Part shown: positions 18,894-29,719 of the stretch, piece by piece
Position numbering within the stretch: position 1 is the first letter of the stretch
Layout: each line of letters starts with the position of its first letter
NCBI GenBank assembly: GCA_963842525.1
Contig: CAWJGT010000003.1
Span: 992,001 to 1,056,000, forward strand
Direction: 5' to 3'
DNA length: 64,000 bases
Origin: an uncultured Holophagales bacterium
GTDB taxonomy: Bacteria; Acidobacteriota; Thermoanaerobaculia; Multivoradales; UBA5704
Made by a program: the position numbers and the translations under genes
The notes under the pieces: generated by a model
What the model was told of the DNA's origin: nothing
What the model saw: only the letters and a program-made list of their open reading frames with translations
The model's database searches: none

Positions 18894-18993
18894 TAGTCTA
18901 CGGTGATCATAAGACCCCTTGACTTTGGCACTTTGTCGTGTAAAGTGCCTCGTGCTTTGTGCCGCAAAGCACTTCATCGAGCGAGGACACGAC

Positions 18994-19911
18994 ATGGAGC
19001 TCCGGATACGAGACGTTTCCAAGACCTATCCCAACGGGGTGCAGGCATTGAAGCAGGTCAATCTGACCATCCCCTGCGGGATGTACGGCCTGCTCGGCCC
19101 CAACGGCGCCGGCAAGTCCACGCTCATGCGCATCCTGGCCACGTTGCAGGAGCCGGACGAAGGCAGCATCCGCCTCGGCGACATCGACGTGGTGAGCCAG
19201 AAGGAGGAAGTGCGCAAGACGCTCGGCTACCTGCCGCAGGAGTTCGGCGTCTATCCGAAGGTGAGCGCGGAGAAGCTGCTCGATCACTTCGCGCTGCTCA
19301 AGGGCATCGGCGAGCGTCGGGCGCGCAAGGAGGTCGTCGAGGCGCTTCTTCGGCAGACGAACCTGTGGGACGTACGCAAGCAGAAGCTGGGCGGCTACTC
19401 GGGCGGCATGCGGCAGCGCTTCGGCGTCGCCGTGGCGCTCCTGGGCAACCCCAAGCTGATGATCGTCGACGAGCCGACGGCGGGGCTCGACCCCGCGGAG
19501 CGCGTGCGATTCCTGAACCTGCTCTCCGAGCTGGGCGAGAACAGCGTCGTTCTCCTCTCCACGCACATCGTCGAGGACGTGAGTGAGCTGTGCACGCGGA
19601 TGGCGATCATCGACAGAGGCGAGATCCTCCTGGAGGCGGAGCCGCTGCGCGCCGTCGATGACCTCCGTGGCCGGATCTGGCGCCGCGTGGTTTCGAAGTC
19701 GCAGCTCGCCGACCTGGAGCGCGAGCATGCGGTGATCTCCACGAAGCTCCTCGCCGGGCGGACCGTAGTGCACGTCTTCAGCGACTCGGCGCCCGGCCCC
19801 GGCTTCGAGCCCGCCGAGCCGGACCTCGAGGACGTCTACTTCAGCACCATGACGAGGCACATCGGCCGGCGCCCTGATCGACGCAACAACCAGCCGGAGC
19901 CGGCGGTGTAG
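18994..19911 (+). CDS. ABC transporter ATP-binding protein (copy 1)
   Basis: GPNGAGKST Walker A, YSGGMRQ signature, IVDEPT, STH. Confidence 0.95.
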   Translation: MELRIRDVSKTYPNGVQALKQVNLTIPCGMYGLLGPNGAGKSTLMRILATLQEPDEGSIRLGDIDVVSQKEEVRKTLGYLPQEFGVYPKVSAEKLLDHFALLKGIGERRARKEVVEALLRQTNLWDVRKQKLGGYSGGMRQRFGVAVALLGNPKLMIVDEPTAGLDPAERVRFLNLLSELGENSVVLLSTHIVEDVSELCTRMAIIDRGEILLEAEPLRAVDDLRGRIWRRVVSKSQLADLEREHAVISTKLLAGRTVVHVFSDSAPGPGFEPAEPDLEDVYFSTMTRHIGRRPDRRNNQPEPAV

Positions 19912-19913
19912 CG

Positions 19914-22900
19914 ATGAAGCTCCGGGGGATTTTTCGTTTCGAGCTCGCCTACCAGGCACGCCGTGCCTGGCCGTGGCTCTCCTTCTCCGCCCTCGTCGTC
20001 TTCGCGTTCCTCTTCACGAGAGAAGCCCTCGTCGCCGACGCGCTCTACGACGACATCTACATCAACTCGCCATTCATGATCGCGGGGGTCACGCTGTTCA
20101 CCTCCCTGATCTGGCTGCTGGTGGCGGCGCCCGTGACGGGCGAGGCGGCGGCGCGGGACGTGGCGACGGGGATGCATCCGCTCGCGTACACCATGCCCAT
20201 CAGCAAGGCGGACTACCTCGGGGGACGCTTCCTGGCTGCGTTCGTTCTCAATGCGCTGATCGTGCTCGCGGATCCAGGTGGGGAGCCTGCTCGCCGTCTA
20301 CCTGCCCGGCATGCATCCCGATGCGGTCGGCCCTTTCCGTCCCGTGGCATATCTCACGGTCTACGCCTTCCTCGCGCTGCCGAACGCGTTCTTCGCCGTG
20401 GCGATCCAGTTCGCCCTCGCGACGCTGAGCGGCAGGACCATGGCGAGCTATCTCGGAAGTGTCTTCATGTTCTTCATGGCGTGGATCTTCGGCAGCCTCA
20501 TCCTGTGGCCGCGGCCTGACCTGGGGAAGATGGTGGATCCGATCGGCATCACGATCTTCTTTCGGGAGCTGGCGCCGCTCTGGACGTCGATCGAGAAGAA
20601 GACGCGCCTCGTCACGCTGGAAGGCACACTGCCATGGAACCGCCTCCTCTGGCTCGGGATCTGCCTGGGGGTGCTGGCCTTCACGTACGTGCGCTTTCGC
20701 TTCGCGCACCGGACGGGCCGCGGCTGGCGGCGGCGATGGACGAGGCGCTCGCTCGCGCCGATGCCTGCCGGTATCGGCATGACGGGCATCACGGCGAGCA
20801 CGCCCATCTCCGTCCCGCAAGTCCCGCGCAGGTTCGACGTCGGGATGGGGGTGCGGCAGACGCTGGCGGTCGCCTGGGACTCGTTCCGGTCGATCGCGAA
20901 GAGCTGGGCCGGGCTGGCCGTGCTGGCAGGCATCCCGATGCTCGCGGTCGTCCTCGTGGTCGATCAGATGTCGCTCAATGGCGTCCCCCTGGTTCCCACG
21001 ACCGCGCGAGTCATCACCGAGCTGGCAGCGCCCCTGACCGCTGAAATGACCCCGTGGGTCATCATCCCGCTCCTCATCGTCTTCTTCGCCGGGGAGCTGG
21101 TCTGGCGGGAACGGGATGCGGGCCTGGGGGAGATCACCGATGCGCTGCCGGAGTCGGAATGGGTCCTCTTCCTCGGCAAGTTCCTGGGGCTCGGTCTCGC
21201 TGCTCTTCGTGTTGATCGGCACTGCAGATCGCGGCGGGGATGCTCGCCCAGGTGATCCTGGGCTCTGACGAGCTTCGAGATCGGGCTGTACGTGACAATC
21301 CTCCTGGGGCTCACCCTTCCGGAATATCTCCTGTTCGCCGCGCTCGCCCTCGTGGTGCACGTGCTGGTGAACCAGAAGTACGTCGGCCACCTGGTGGCGA
21401 TCATGGCCTTCGTGGTCATCGCCCTTGCCCGCCTGTTCGGCATCGAGCACCACCTGCTCATCTATGGCGATGGGCCCGGGTGGTCCTACACGGAGATGCG
21501 CGGGTTCGGGCCGTTCCTCGGACCCTGGGCCTGGTTCAAGCTCTACTGGGCCGCGTGGGCGCTGGTGCTCGCGGTGGTGGCGCGGCTGCTCTGGGTGCGC
21601 GGCAGGGAGACGGGCATCGGGGCGCGGCTCCGGACAGCGCGCCTTCGCCTCACGGGGGCCACGGCGCGTGCGGCCACGACGGCGGTGGCGCTCATCCTCG
21701 CGCTCGGCGGGTTCATCTTCTACAACACCAACGTGCTGAACGAGTACCTGTCCGCCTCCGACATCACGGAGCTGCAGGCCGGGTATGAGCAGCGCTACAA
21801 GCGCTACGAGCGCGCCCCACAGCCGCGGATGACAGGGACACGCCTGCACGTCGAGATCCATCCCGAGCGGCGGGCCGTCGAGGCTCGCGGGTCGTACAGC
21901 CTCGTGAACGGCAGCGACGTCGCCATCGACTCGATCCACGTGTCGACCGTCCCCGGCAGTCGAGCCCGCAGCGCTGTCGTTCGACCGGACGGCTTCACTC
22001 GTCCTCGTGGATGCGGACCGCGGCTATCGGATCTACGCGCTGGAGAGGCCGCTCCAGCCCGGCGACTCGCTGCGCCTCGACTTCGCGGTCCGCATCGAGC
22101 CGCGCGGCTTCCGCAACGAGGGCGTCGATGCGTCCGTCGTCGCGAACGGCAGCTACTTCACGACCGGAAACTGGTTCCCGGCCATCGGCTACCAGCGGAG
22201 CCGCGAGCTCCTCAGCGCCCGCGACCGGCGCGAGCACGGGCTCCCTGTGCGGCCCGTCGTCCCTTCGCTCGACGATGTCGAGGCGCGGACGGAATCGGCC
22301 GAGCGGATTGCGTTCGAGGCGGTCCTCGGCACGGACGAGGACCAGGTTGCCGTCGCTCCGGGGCGGCTGCGCCGGACGTGGACGGAAGGCGGGCGGCGCT
22401 ACTTCCACTACTCGACCGATGACTCCGGCACCGAGCTCGGTTTCTTCTCCGCCGACTACGCGGTGCGTGAAGAAACGTGGAACCCTCCGGCAGGCTCAGG
22501 GCAGGCCGTCACGATCCAGGTCTTCCATCACCCGGGGCACACCGCGCACCTGGACCGCATGCTCCGCAGCCTGCGAGCCTCGCTGGACTACTACTCCGAG
22601 CACTTCGGCCCCTACCCGCGCGGATACCTGAGCGTGGTCGAGCGTCCCGGCCTCGGCACGGGCATGCACGCCGACGCCGGCATGATCACCCATGAGGAGG
22701 GGTTCGCCTTCTGGGCTCCGACGAATGCGGAGAGCCTCGATCTCCCCTCCGCCGTCGTGGCACACGAGACGGCGCACCAGTGGACCGTCCCGTATGCACA
22801 CGTCGAGGGAGCCCCGGTGATGTCCGAGAGCGTCGCCTGGTATTACGGGATGAAGGCCGTGGAGAACGCCTGGGGGCCGGAGCATCTGCGGCGGCTTCTG

Positions 22901-23530
22901 AGCTTCATGCGGCAGCCGTATCCATACCCGCCGATCCGAAGGGGTGAGCCGTTGCTCCGGGGGCTCGACCCGTACATGTCCTACCGCTGGGGCCCCTTCG
23001 CTCTGTACGCGCTGAGCGAATACATGGGCGAGGACCGGGTCAATACTGCATTACGACGACTGATCGAGAAGCACCGTTCGGGAGCGCCTCCGCTGGCGAC
23101 GACGCTCGACCTCTATCGGGAGCTGCAGGCGGTCGCGCCGGACTCGCTGAAGCCCCTGCTGCACGACCTGTTCGAGGTGAACACGTTCTGGCAGCTCGAG
23201 ACGGAGCGTGCCACGGCGGTCGAGACGAAGGCAGGCACGTGGCAGGTAACGCTCGACGTGCTGGCGCGTAAGAAGGTGTACGACAGCGCAAGCGTCGAGA
23301 CCGAGGTGCCGATGAATGAATGGGTGGAGATCGGGGTCTTCGGCGCCGCTGAGCGGGGCCACGACGAGCTGAGCGCGCCGCTCTACGTGAAGATGCATCG
23401 CATCCGCTCCGGCGAGCAGACGATCACGGTGACGGTGCCTCGCAAGCCGGACCTGGCCGGCATCGATCCGTATCACCTGCTCGACTGGGAGGAGCGCGAC
23501 GACGACGACAACATCGACGTGGTGAAGTGA
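19914..23530 (+). CDS. ABC-2 type permease fused to M1 aminopeptidase (copy 1); several frameshifts
   Basis: Colinear with the intact paralog at 24447; HETAH...SES zinc motif; frame breaks near 20270, 21200-21270 and 21960. Confidence 0.8.
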
Positions 23531-23538
23531 GAGCGACC

Positions 23539-24450
23539 ATGGAATTGAACATTCGCGACGTGTCCAAGACTTATCCCAACGGCACGCAGGCGTTGAAAGA
23601 TATTTCCCTCGACATTCCACAGGGGATGTTCGGGCTGCTCGGCCGGAACGGCGCCGGCAAGTCCACGCTGATGCGCATTCTCGCGACGCTCCAGGAGCCG
23701 GACGCGGGATCGGCGCGCCTCGGCGACATCGACGTGATCCGGCAGAAGGAGCGGGTGCGGGAAACGCTCGGCTACCTGCCGCAGTCGTTCGGCTTCCACC
23801 CGCGGGTGAGCGCGGAGCGGCTCCTCGAGCACTTCGCGGTGCTGAAGGGCCTTGTCGAGCCGGGGGCGAGGCGCGACGTCGTCGAGTCGCTGCTCCGGCG
23901 GACCAACCTGTGGGAGGTGCGCAAGCAGCGGATCGGCACGTTCTCCGGCGGCATGCGGCAGCGCCTGGGCGTCGCCGTCGCGCTGCTGGGCAACCCGAAG
24001 CTGATCATCGTCGACGAGCCGACGGCGGGGCTGGACCCGGAAGAGCGCGTCCGCTTCCTGAACCTGCTGAGCGAGATCGGCGAGGACAGCGTCGTGATCC
24101 TTTCGACGCACATCGTCGAGGACGTCGAGGAGCTGTGCAGCCGGGTGGCCGTCATCGACCGCGGGGAGATCCTGCTGGAGGCCGAGCCGTCGCGCGCAAT
24201 CGACGAGCTGCGAGGCCGCATCTGGCGCCGGAACGTGAGCCGGGACGAGCTGCTCGCGCTGGAGCAACAGCTCCCGGTGATCTCGACCAAGCTGATGGCA
24301 GGGCGGACGATCGCGCACGTCTATGCCGAGGCGTCGCCGGACGCGGCGTTCGAGGCCGTCGAGCCGGACATGAAGGACGTGTACTTCAGCGTCATGGCGG
24401 GGCATCACGGCCACCGGGCGGCGTCGTCGCAGGCGGGGGCCGTATCGTGA
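23539..24450 (+). CDS. ABC transporter ATP-binding protein (copy 2)
   Basis: GRNGAGKST, FSGGMRQ, IVDEPT; close paralog of 18994. Confidence 0.95.
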   Translation: MELNIRDVSKTYPNGTQALKDISLDIPQGMFGLLGRNGAGKSTLMRILATLQEPDAGSARLGDIDVIRQKERVRETLGYLPQSFGFHPRVSAERLLEHFAVLKGLVEPGARRDVVESLLRRTNLWEVRKQRIGTFSGGMRQRLGVAVALLGNPKLIIVDEPTAGLDPEERVRFLNLLSEIGEDSVVILSTHIVEDVEELCSRVAVIDRGEILLEAEPSRAIDELRGRIWRRNVSRDELLALEQQLPVISTKLMAGRTIAHVYAEASPDAAFEAVEPDMKDVYFSVMAGHHGHRAASSQAGAVS

Positions 24451-27400
24451 GGCTTCGCGAAATCTTCCGATACGAGCTCGGGTACCGCCTTCGCAGCCCC
24501 TCGACCTGGGCCTACGCGGCGTTCCTTTTCCTCGTCATGATCTGGGGCCTCGCCGCCACTGGCGAGGGCAGCGCTGTGATCAAGGTGAACTCGCCGCAAC
24601 AGGTCGCTCAAGGCATCGTGTTGTTCGGCGGCCTGTTCGGGCTGCTGGTCTCGGCGGGGCTCTTCGGCGATGCGGCGATCCGCGACGTCGCGTCCGGCAT
24701 GGATCCGCTTCTCTACACCACGCGGCTTCGCAAGGCCGAATACCTCGGCGGCCGTTTCCTTGCCGCGCTGGCGATCAACGCCATCCTGGTCTGGGCACTT
24801 CCGCTCGGATTCTGGGTTGCCACGGTGACGGTCGCCGAGGCGGACGCGGTCGGCCCCAACCGCCTCGCTGCGTACCTGCAACCGGTGCTGCTCTTCCTGC
24901 TGCCCAACCTCGTGCTGGTCGGCGCCATCCTGTTCACGATCGGAGCGCTGGCCCGGCAGGTGATTCCCGTGTACCTCGGCGCGGCCGGCTTCTTCATCGG
25001 GTACATGGTCGCCGCCAATTACTGGATGGGCATCGAGAGCCCGGTGCTGTCGGCGCTGGCCGACCCGCTCGGGATCAACGCGCTCATGGCGATGACCCGG
25101 TACTGGACGCGGGTAGAGTTGGGGACCCGGCTCTTCGGCTTTCCGACGATGCTGGTTTGGAACCGCGTGCTCTGGTTCGCGATCGCGGCGGGGGTGCTCG
25201 CCGTGCTCCACCGCACGTACCGGTTCGCGCACGCGGACGGCGGCGGCCGCCGGCGCAAGGGCTCGCGAGCCGCGATCGACGCGCCGTCGGAAGCACGGTG
25301 GGCAGGAGCGGTTCCGCAGACCGCAGGCGTGTTCGGGCTCCGGACCCGGATGCGGCAGACGCTCTCCATCGCACGCCAGTCGCTGGCGGAGGTTGTGTCG
25401 GGCCGCGCGTTCCAGGTGATCTTCGTCGTGGCCATCGGCCTCGTGCTGCTCTGGGGCTGGAACCTGGGGGACACGGCGTTCGACACGCCCACCTGGCCGG
25501 TCACGCATCTCGTGATCGCGGAGGTCCTGTCCCGGCGGAGCTCCCTCATCCCTTGGCTGGTCATCGCCCTCTACGCGGGCGAGCTGGTGTGGAAATACCG
25601 CGAGGTGGGGACGGCCGAGATCGCCGACGCCGCGCCGGTGCCCACCGGCATCGCGCTGCTCGGCCGCTTCCTGGCCCTCGTCGCCATCATCGTGGCCTTC
25701 AACGCCGCGTTCATGGTCGGCGGCCTCCTGCTTCAGACGCTGCAGGGCTACCACAACTTCGAGCCCGGACTGTACGTCCGCGTCCTCTTCGGGCTCAACC
25801 TCGTCGATCACGTGCTCCTCGCCGCGCTCGCGATGATGGTCCACGTGCTCGTGAACCAGAAGTACGTCGGCCAAATCGTCGTGCTGCTGGCGTCCGCCTT
25901 CAAGGTCCTCGCCCCCATGATGGGGATGCACAGGATGCTGGTCTACAACAGCGACCCCGGCTGGAAGTACTCGGACATGAACGGCTTCGGCCCGTACATC
26001 GAGCCGTTCCTGTGGTTCAAGCTCTACTGGGCGGCGTGGGCGCTGCTGCTCGGCGTGGTCACGATCCTGTTCTGGGTGCGCGGCCGGGAGCCCGGCGTGC
26101 GACGCCGGCTCTCGCAAGCGCGTGCGCGGCTCCGTGGCTCGACGACCCGGATGGCCGGCGTGGCGGCCGCGCTGATCCTCGCGCTGGGTGGCTTCGTCTT
26201 CTACAACACGAACGTCCTGAACGAGTACCGCGGGCGCGACGAGGGAGGACGGTCGCAGGCCGAGTACGAGCGGCGGTACAAGCGGTTCGACCGCGCGCCG
26301 CAGCCGGTCCTCACCGCGGCGGATCTGCGCCTGGAGATCCATCCCGGCGAGCCGGCCGTCGACATGCGCGGCTCCTATCGGCTCGTGAACCGCACCGGCG
26401 CGGCGATCGATTCGATTCACGTCGTGACCGATAGGGACGTCGACACCCGGTCGATCTCGCTCGACCGCGCGGCGAGGCCCGTGGCCGTGGACGAGGAGAC
26501 CGGGTACCGGATCTTCGCGCTGGAGCGGGCGCTCGAGCCCGGGGGCTCGCTGCGGCTCTCCTTCGACACGGTGTACCGGCCGCACGGCTTCCGGGGCAGC
26601 GGGATCCAGACCGCGGTGGCCGGCAACGGCACCTACTTCGACCGGAGACTGCTGCCGTTCATCGGCTACCAGCCGGTGCTCGAGCTGCCCGACGCCGCGG
26701 CCCGCAAGCGCTTCGGTCTCGCGCCCCAGCCGCCGATGCCGGGGCCCGACGACGTCGAGGCGAGGCGAGGCGACGGGGTCGTGCGGAACGAGGGCCGCGT
26801 TCACGTCGAGGCGATCGTGGGCACGGCCGCGGACCAGACGGCGGTCGTCACCGGCGTGCTGCGCAGGAGCTGGACGGAGAACGGGCGACGCTACGTCCAC
26901 TACGGGACCGATGCGCCGGTCTCCTTCCGCACCGCCGTGTTCTCGGCGAAGTACGCGGTGCGCGAGGATCGGTGGAAGGACGTCGTGCTCCAGATCCTCC
27001 ATCACCCGGCGCACCGGTACAACGTCGACCGGATGATGGAGGGGATGAAGGCGTCGCTCGACTATTACACAAAGGTTTTCGGACCCTACCAGTTCCGCCA
27101 TCTGCGTGTCGTCGAGATCCCGCCCTATTCGATCAACGGCCGCGCCATGCTGATGACGATCGCCTTCGCGGAGCAGAATTTCATCACCCGCAACAAGGAA
27201 GGCCAGGTCGACCACACGTTCTTCGGGACGGCGCACGAGGTCGCGCACAGTTGGTGGGGTGGGCAGGTGCGGAGCACCCGCGTGCGAGGAGGGGACTTCC
27301 TGTCGGAGTCGCTCTCGAATTACAGCGCCATGATGGTGACCGAGAAGCTCCTCGGCCCGGAGCAGGCCCGCCGGGTCTACGACTTCCAGATGGACCGCTA

Positions 27401-28013
27401 TCTGAGCAGGCGCGCAGAATTCGCGAGCGACGTCCCGCTGCTCGACGTCGAGGACCATCCGCACATCGCCTACGGCAAGGGCGCGGTCGCCATGTACACG
27501 CTGCGCGAGCACATCGGCGACGAGCCGCTCAACAGGGCGCTGCGGAGCTTTCTGGAGAAGCACCGCCATGGAGGACCGCCGTATCCGACGTCGCGCGACC
27601 TGCTCGCGGCGCTGCGCGCCGTCACCCCCGACTCGCTGCAGTACCTGCTCACCGACCTCTTCGAGACGATCACGCTGTGGGATGTCCGGACCCAGCGGGC
27701 CGTCGTCGAGCGGACGGACACCGGCGAGTACCAGGTGACGCTCGACGTGGTGGCGAAGAAGATGAGGGCCGACAGCGTCGGCCGGGAGACCGAGACGCCG
27801 ATGAACGACCTCGTCGAGATCGGCGTCTTCGCGCCCGGCGGCGATGCGGGGCTCGGAGCGCCGCTCCACCTGCAGCGCCACCGCATCCGCAACGGCAAGC
27901 AGACGATCCGCATCACCGTGCCGCGGGAGCCGGCGCACGCCGGCATCGATCCCTGGCGCAAGCTCATCGACCGCGACAGGGAGGACAACGTCGTCGAGGT
28001 GAATGGAAAGTGA
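24447..28013 (+). CDS. ABC-2 type permease fused to M1 aminopeptidase (copy 2)
   Basis: Many TM helices, then HEVAH-x18-E (LSESL) and YGKG; GTG start overlaps the ATPase stop. Confidence 0.9.
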   Translation: MRLREIFRYELGYRLRSPSTWAYAAFLFLVMIWGLAATGEGSAVIKVNSPQQVAQGIVLFGGLFGLLVSAGLFGDAAIRDVASGMDPLLYTTRLRKAEYLGGRFLAALAINAILVWALPLGFWVATVTVAEADAVGPNRLAAYLQPVLLFLLPNLVLVGAILFTIGALARQVIPVYLGAAGFFIGYMVAANYWMGIESPVLSALADPLGINALMAMTRYWTRVELGTRLFGFPTMLVWNRVLWFAIAAGVLAVLHRTYRFAHADGGGRRRKGSRAAIDAPSEARWAGAVPQTAGVFGLRTRMRQTLSIARQSLAEVVSGRAFQVIFVVAIGLVLLWGWNLGDTAFDTPTWPVTHLVIAEVLSRRSSLIPWLVIALYAGELVWKYREVGTAEIADAAPVPTGIALLGRFLALVAIIVAFNAAFMVGGLLLQTLQGYHNFEPGLYVRVLFGLNLVDHVLLAALAMMVHVLVNQKYVGQIVVLLASAFKVLAPMMGMHRMLVYNSDPGWKYSDMNGFGPYIEPFLWFKLYWAAWALLLGVVTILFWVRGREPGVRRRLSQARARLRGSTTRMAGVAAALILALGGFVFYNTNVLNEYRGRDEGGRSQAEYERRYKRFDRAPQPVLTAADLRLEIHPGEPAVDMRGSYRLVNRTGAAIDSIHVVTDRDVDTRSISLDRAARPVAVDEETGYRIFALERALEPGGSLRLSFDTVYRPHGFRGSGIQTAVAGNGTYFDRRLLPFIGYQPVLELPDAAARKRFGLAPQPPMPGPDDVEARRGDGVVRNEGRVHVEAIVGTAADQTAVVTGVLRRSWTENGRRYVHYGTDAPVSFRTAVFSAKYAVREDRWKDVVLQILHHPAHRYNVDRMMEGMKASLDYYTKVFGPYQFRHLRVVEIPPYSINGRAMLMTIAFAEQNFITRNKEGQVDHTFFGTAHEVAHSWWGGQVRSTRVRGGDFLSESLSNYSAMMVTEKLLGPEQARRVYDFQMDRYLSRRAEFASDVPLLDVEDHPHIAYGKGAVAMYTLREHIGDEPLNRALRSFLEKHRHGGPPYPTSRDLLAALRAVTPDSLQYLLTDLFETITLWDVRTQRAVVERTDTGEYQVTLDVVAKKMRADSVGRETETPMNDLVEIGVFAPGGDAGLGAPLHLQRHRIRNGKQTIRITVPREPAHAGIDPWRKLIDRDREDNVVEVNGK

Positions 28014-28022
28014 ACACAGGGG

Positions 28023-28841
28023 CTAAAGTTGCCCGGCTCGCACGATCCGCAGCGGGAACCGGCCGACTGGGACCGGCGTGAGGGTCGGGGGGAGGCCGTC
28101 GAGGTCGAGCCGGTAGGCGCCTGGGGCGAGCGTGGTCGAGTGGACGGTGATGAGGAGGGCGCCGAGGTCGTTGAGCACAAGGCCGGAAGCCTGGAAGACG
28201 ATTTCGCCCTTTTCGGTCCGGAGCGTCGCACGGTAGATTGGGAAGTCGACGTCGCCGGGCTCTACCCAGAGGGCGAACCAGCCTGGCTCGCCGGAAAGCT
28301 GGAGGGTGCGCACGGGGCCTTCGGTGCTGCCGCGGACCGGCGTCAAGGGGACCACGGGAAGGTTCGCCTGCGGCTGGCGGTCGGCCGCCATCTCCTGAGC
28401 CAGGGCTTCGCGTTGCGCGACCTCGTCGGCGAGGTCGCGGCGGGCCTTCTGGAGCTCCCCTTCGACGGCGGCAATGCGGTCCTCGGCGCCTTTCTCGTTG
28501 GTTCGCGCGAGCTCGTTGCGGGCTGAGGCGAGGTCGGAGCGCAGGCGCTGGATCTCCTGGAGCTCCAGCCAGGCCGGCAGGAGGGCCACGGCGAGCAGGG
28601 CTGCCGCGGCCAGGCCCATCCACGGCGCGCGGCTCCAGCGGGTGGTGGGGGAGCCACTTGCCGCCGCCTGCTCAGCCAGCCGCCGGAGCCCGCGTTGGAG
28701 GCGCTCGGCGGACTCGACCCGGGCGCAGCAGGATGGGCAGTCGCGATAGTGCTCCTCGAAGCGCGCGGCCTCCTCGGGCGGCAGGCGGCCTGTCACGTAG
28801 CGCTCGGCGGTGTTGCCGTCGTCGATCGCCTGATGGTCCAT
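28023..28841 (-). CDS. zf-HC2 anti-sigma-like membrane protein
   Basis: FEEHYRDCPSC (HxxxCxxC), one TM helix, coiled coil, C-terminal beta domain (LTPVRG...PGAYRL). Confidence 0.82.
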   Translation of the reverse strand: MDHQAIDDGNTAERYVTGRLPPEEAARFEEHYRDCPSCCARVESAERLQRGLRRLAEQAAASGSPTTRWSRAPWMGLAAAALLAVALLPAWLELQEIQRLRSDLASARNELARTNEKGAEDRIAAVEGELQKARRDLADEVAQREALAQEMAADRQPQANLPVVPLTPVRGSTEGPVRTLQLSGEPGWFALWVEPGDVDFPIYRATLRTEKGEIVFQASGLVLNDLGALLITVHSTTLAPGAYRLDLDGLPPTLTPVPVGRFPLRIVRAGQL

Positions 28842-28863
28842 GCGGTGCGTCTCTCTCCTGCCT

Positions 28864-29604
28864 CTATCTGTCCCGTGCAGGATCGCCGCCGATCCTTCCG
28901 ACAATTCTCTGCGCTCCGGCGAAGAACCGCTGCCGCTTCTCCGCCCGGTCCCAGAGCTCCCGCAGCCGCTCCCGGGCGTGGAACAGGACCTTGTTGAAGC
29001 GCTGGGGCTCGATCTCCAGGTCCGCGCAGATCTCCTCCTTGCTGTCGTCGGAGAGGTAGAAGCGGAGGAGGAGCTGGCGGTCGCGGTCGAAGCGGAGCTC
29101 GGCGAGGAGCCGCTGCACCAGCCGGGCCTCCTCGTCGGCGAGGACCCGTTCGAGCGGCGCCGGGCCGCGGTCGGTGAGCGCGGGCACCGGCTGCAGCCCA
29201 TCCTCCTGGCCTTCGTCGAGAGAGCGGTAGCGCGCCTCCTTGCGCCGGTCGGCGATGAACAGGTTGCGTGCCGTGCTGCGGATGAACGCGGCGAGCTTTT
29301 CCGGCTCCCGCACCTCGCCCCGGCGGACCTTCCCAAGGACCAGGGCGAGGGTCTCTTGATGGAGGTCGTCGGCCAGGGCCGGATTCTGGACGAGGCGGCG
29401 GAGCATCAGGAGGAGGCCGTTACTGAAGCGGGCCACGAGCTCGCTCTCGGCAGCCGGGTCGCCCGCCTGGATCCGCCGGACGAGGTTGGCAACGTCGTCG
29501 TCCGGCGCCTCGGCAGCGTCATCCTGCGCGTCCCGTCCTATCCGGGCCGCGAGGACAAGCGGAGACAGGACGAGGACGAGACGGAGCCAGTGGGATGAGA
29601 GCAT
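28864..29604 (-). CDS. ECF RNA polymerase sigma factor
   Basis: LVRRIQAGD, ADDLHQET, FIRSTARN, DRQLLLRFY...LFHARERLR. Confidence 0.88.
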   Translation of the reverse strand: MLSSHWLRLVLVLSPLVLAARIGRDAQDDAAEAPDDDVANLVRRIQAGDPAAESELVARFSNGLLLMLRRLVQNPALADDLHQETLALVLGKVRRGEVREPEKLAAFIRSTARNLFIADRRKEARYRSLDEGQEDGLQPVPALTDRGPAPLERVLADEEARLVQRLLAELRFDRDRQLLLRFYLSDDSKEEICADLEIEPQRFNKVLFHARERLRELWDRAEKRQRFFAGAQRIVGRIGGDPARDR

Positions 29605-29719
29605 CTCCGGGAGCGGCTTTCGCTGCTGCCGAAGGATACACGAGATCACGGTCCCGGGGGACACCCGGACCCCGCGCGGCCCTCGACACCGGGACGCGCA
29701 GGGTCACGGGTTGCGCCGG

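Noticed and set aside
19914-23530. Programmed frameshifting or true pseudogenisation of split genes (also 3066, 14762, 16540, 40562, 52388)
   Set aside because: Scattered 1-2 nt indels with no in-frame stops or shared slippery motif fit sequencing or assembly error better; this cannot be settled without reads.
24405-27938. Very long antisense ORFs (also 10349-11893, 42968-45025, 49219-51246, 37590-39101)
   Set aside because: Shadow ORFs of high-GC genes; the opposite strand carries recognisable protein motifs.
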